Shown piece by piece: positions 30,120-32,000 of a stretch of 32,000 nucleotides of DNA (positions within the stretch are counted from its first letter, which is position 1; the number at the start of each line of letters is the position of its first letter). The stretch comes from Candidatus Saccharimonadota bacterium. Its GTDB lineage: Bacteria > Bacteroidota > Bacteroidia > Flavobacteriales > Blattabacteriaceae. A program made the position numbers and the translations under genes. The notes under the pieces are model-generated. The model ran no database searches, was not told the origin of the DNA, and saw nothing but the letters and a program-made list of their open reading frames with translations. The stretch spans positions 390,001 through 422,000 of the forward strand of contig NZ_CP059199.1 in the NCBI RefSeq assembly GCF_014251775.1, given 5' to 3'.

Positions 30120-32000
30120 CTATTCTTCTAAGCTGATATCTAATCCTAATCCTTTTAATTCATAACATAAAACATTAAATGATTCAGGATTATTAGGTTC
30201 TGGCATTTCTATTCCTTTGACTATAGCTTCATAAGTTTTTGCTCTTCCTATAACATCGTCTGATTTAACAGTTAATATTTCACGTAAAATATTTGATGCT
30301 CCAAATGCTTCTAATGCCCAAACCTCCATTTCTCCAAATCTTTGTCCACCAAATTGTGATTTTCCACCTAAAGGTTGTTGAGTAATTAATGAATAAGGAC
30401 CAATAGATCTAGAATGCATTTTATCATCTACCATATGTCCTAATTTTAACATATATATTATACCAACAGTAGCAGATTGATCAAATCTTTCACCAGTTTC
30501 TCCATCAAATAAATAAGTAGTTCCAAATTTCGGAATTTTAGCTTTATCTGTGTATTCACATATTTTATCTAATGTTGCACCATCAAATATAGGAGTAGAA
30601 AATTTTATTCCTAATTTTTGACCAGTCCATCCTAAAACTGTTTCATATATTTGTCCAATATTCATTCTAGATGGTACCCCTAAAGGATTTAAAACAATAT
30701 CTACTGGTTCACCATTTTCTAAAAATGGCATATCCTCTAATCTTAGTATTCTTGCTACTACTCCTTTATTTCCATGTCTACCAGCCATTTTATCTCCGAC
30801 TTTCAACTTTCTTTTTTTTGCGACATATACTTTTGCCATTTTAACAATACCAGATGGTAATTCATCTCCAATTGTAATTGAAAATTTTTTATGTTTAAAT
30901 TCACTATCTAATTTACTTATTGATATTTTATAATTATGTAATAATTCTGAAACTAATGAATTAGTATTAACATCATCAGTCCAATCTTCATAAGAAATAT
31001 CTATATAATCTGATATTCCATTTAATAGTTTTCTATCAAAATTATCTCCTTTATAGATAATTTCTTTATGACTTCTATTATTAGAAACGGTTTTAAAACA
31101 AACTTTATTAGTTAAAACTATTTCTAATTTTTTTAATAATTCATCTCTTTTTAAAGAAAACTTATTTTTATAAAATTTTTCTAAATCTTTAACCAAAATT
31201 TTATCTTTCTCTCTAGAAGATTTATTTTTAATATTTCTAGTAAAAAGTTTAGTATCTATTACTACACCAAATAAAGATGGATCTGCTCTTAAAGAAGTAT
31301 CTTTTACATTTCCAGCTTTATCTCCAAAAATTGCTCTAAGTAATTTTTCTTCCGGAGTTGGATCGGATTCTCCTTTTGGAGTTATTTTTCCTATTAATAT
31401 ATCTCCAGGTTTTACTTCGGATCCAACCATAATAATTCCATTTTTATCTAAATTTTTAGTAGATTCTTCACTAACATTTGGAATATCATTAGTCAATTCT
31501 TCCATTCCTAATTTAGTATCACGAACTTCCAAAGAATATTCATCTATGTGAATAGATGTAAACCAATCTTCGCTAACCACTTTTTCAGAAATTAACACAG
31601 CATCTTCAAAATTATATCCATTGCAAGGAATAAATGCAACTTTTAAATTTCTTCCTAAAGCTAATTCTCCATTTTCTGTAGCATATCCTTCACATAAAAT
31701 TTGTCCTTTTTTTACTCTCATACCTTTTTTTACAATCGGTTTTAGATTAATACATGTATTCTGATTAGTCTTTCTAAATTTAATTAAATTATAAACTCTA
31801 ATATTAGAATCAAAATTGACAAATTCTTCTTCTTTGGTTCTATCGTAATGAATAATTATTTTTTTTGCATCCATATATTTTACTATTCCATCTTTCTCAG
31901 CATTTATTAAAATTCTTGAATCCATTGCTACATGTTTTTCTAATCCAGTTCCAACAATAGGAGTTTCTGGATTCAATAAAGGAACTGCTTGACGCATCAT
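30120..32000 (-). CDS. rpoB: DNA-directed RNA polymerase subunit beta, C-terminal 626 aa (5' part beyond the window end)
   Basis: [77 protein letters not shown]. The ORF is open to base 32000. Confidence 0.99.
   Translation of the reverse strand: MMRQAVPLLNPETPIVGTGLEKHVAMDSRILINAEKDGIVKYMDAKKIIIHYDRTKEEEFVNFDSNIRVYNLIKFRKTNQNTCINLKPIVKKGMRVKKGQILCEGYATENGELALGRNLKVAFIPCNGYNFEDAVLISEKVVSEDWFTSIHIDEYSLEVRDTKLGMEELTNDIPNVSEESTKNLDKNGIIMVGSEVKPGDILIGKITPKGESDPTPEEKLLRAIFGDKAGNVKDTSLRADPSLFGVVIDTKLFTRNIKNKSSREKDKILVKDLEKFYKNKFSLKRDELLKKLEIVLTNKVCFKTVSNNRSHKEIIYKGDNFDRKLLNGISDYIDISYEDWTDDVNTNSLVSELLHNYKISISKLDSEFKHKKFSITIGDELPSGIVKMAKVYVAKKRKLKVGDKMAGRHGNKGVVARILRLEDMPFLENGEPVDIVLNPLGVPSRMNIGQIYETVLGWTGQKLGIKFSTPIFDGATLDKICEYTDKAKIPKFGTTYLFDGETGERFDQSATVGIIYMLKLGHMVDDKMHSRSIGPYSLITQQPLGGKSQFGGQRFGEMEVWALEAFGASNILREILTVKSDDVIGRAKTYEAIVKGIEMPEPNNPESFNVLCYELKGLGLDISLEE

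Overview
This 32 kb window is extremely AT-rich (judged by eye, not computed) and almost gap-free. Its gene content and order look like a reduced Flavobacteriales insect endosymbiont, most plausibly Blattabacterium-like; that attribution is an inference from protein similarity recalled from memory. I call 31 protein genes and one tRNA, all core housekeeping. They are: transaldolase 3' end, rpoZ, bamD, ferritin, dapA, pncB, miaB, a sensor-less sigma-54 activator, secG, groES-groEL, kdsC, a DUF3276/PUR-like protein, an ABC exporter, nusB, yajC, coaE, ribosomal protein THX (too short for the ORF track), a Zn-metallopeptidase, ndh, a hotdog thioesterase, idi, a PTPS/QueD-family enzyme, gcvT, a MATE exporter, aroC, miaA, tRNA-Val(UAC), folC, glnS, rpoC and the 3' part of rpoB. 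TGA is used as a stop, so this is the standard bacterial code. I see no CRISPR array, transposase, integrase, phage, toxin-antitoxin or defence-type genes, and no convincing evidence of a novel multi-gene system; this is an ordinary core-genome region. Four smaller signals deserve a second look. (1) A sigma-54-type -24/-12 element and an upstream palindrome sit in front of groES-groEL, two genes downstream of the orphan sigma-54 activator. (2) Four perfect 42-bp tandem repeats form a lysine-rich tail on the DUF3276 protein. (3) There are signs of genome erosion: a MATE gene lacking a canonical start for its first helix, a BamD lacking its lipobox and N-terminal TPRs, long in-frame poly(A) tracts in ndh and folC, and two unusually long spacers. 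(4) The PTPS versus QueD assignment is ambiguous.
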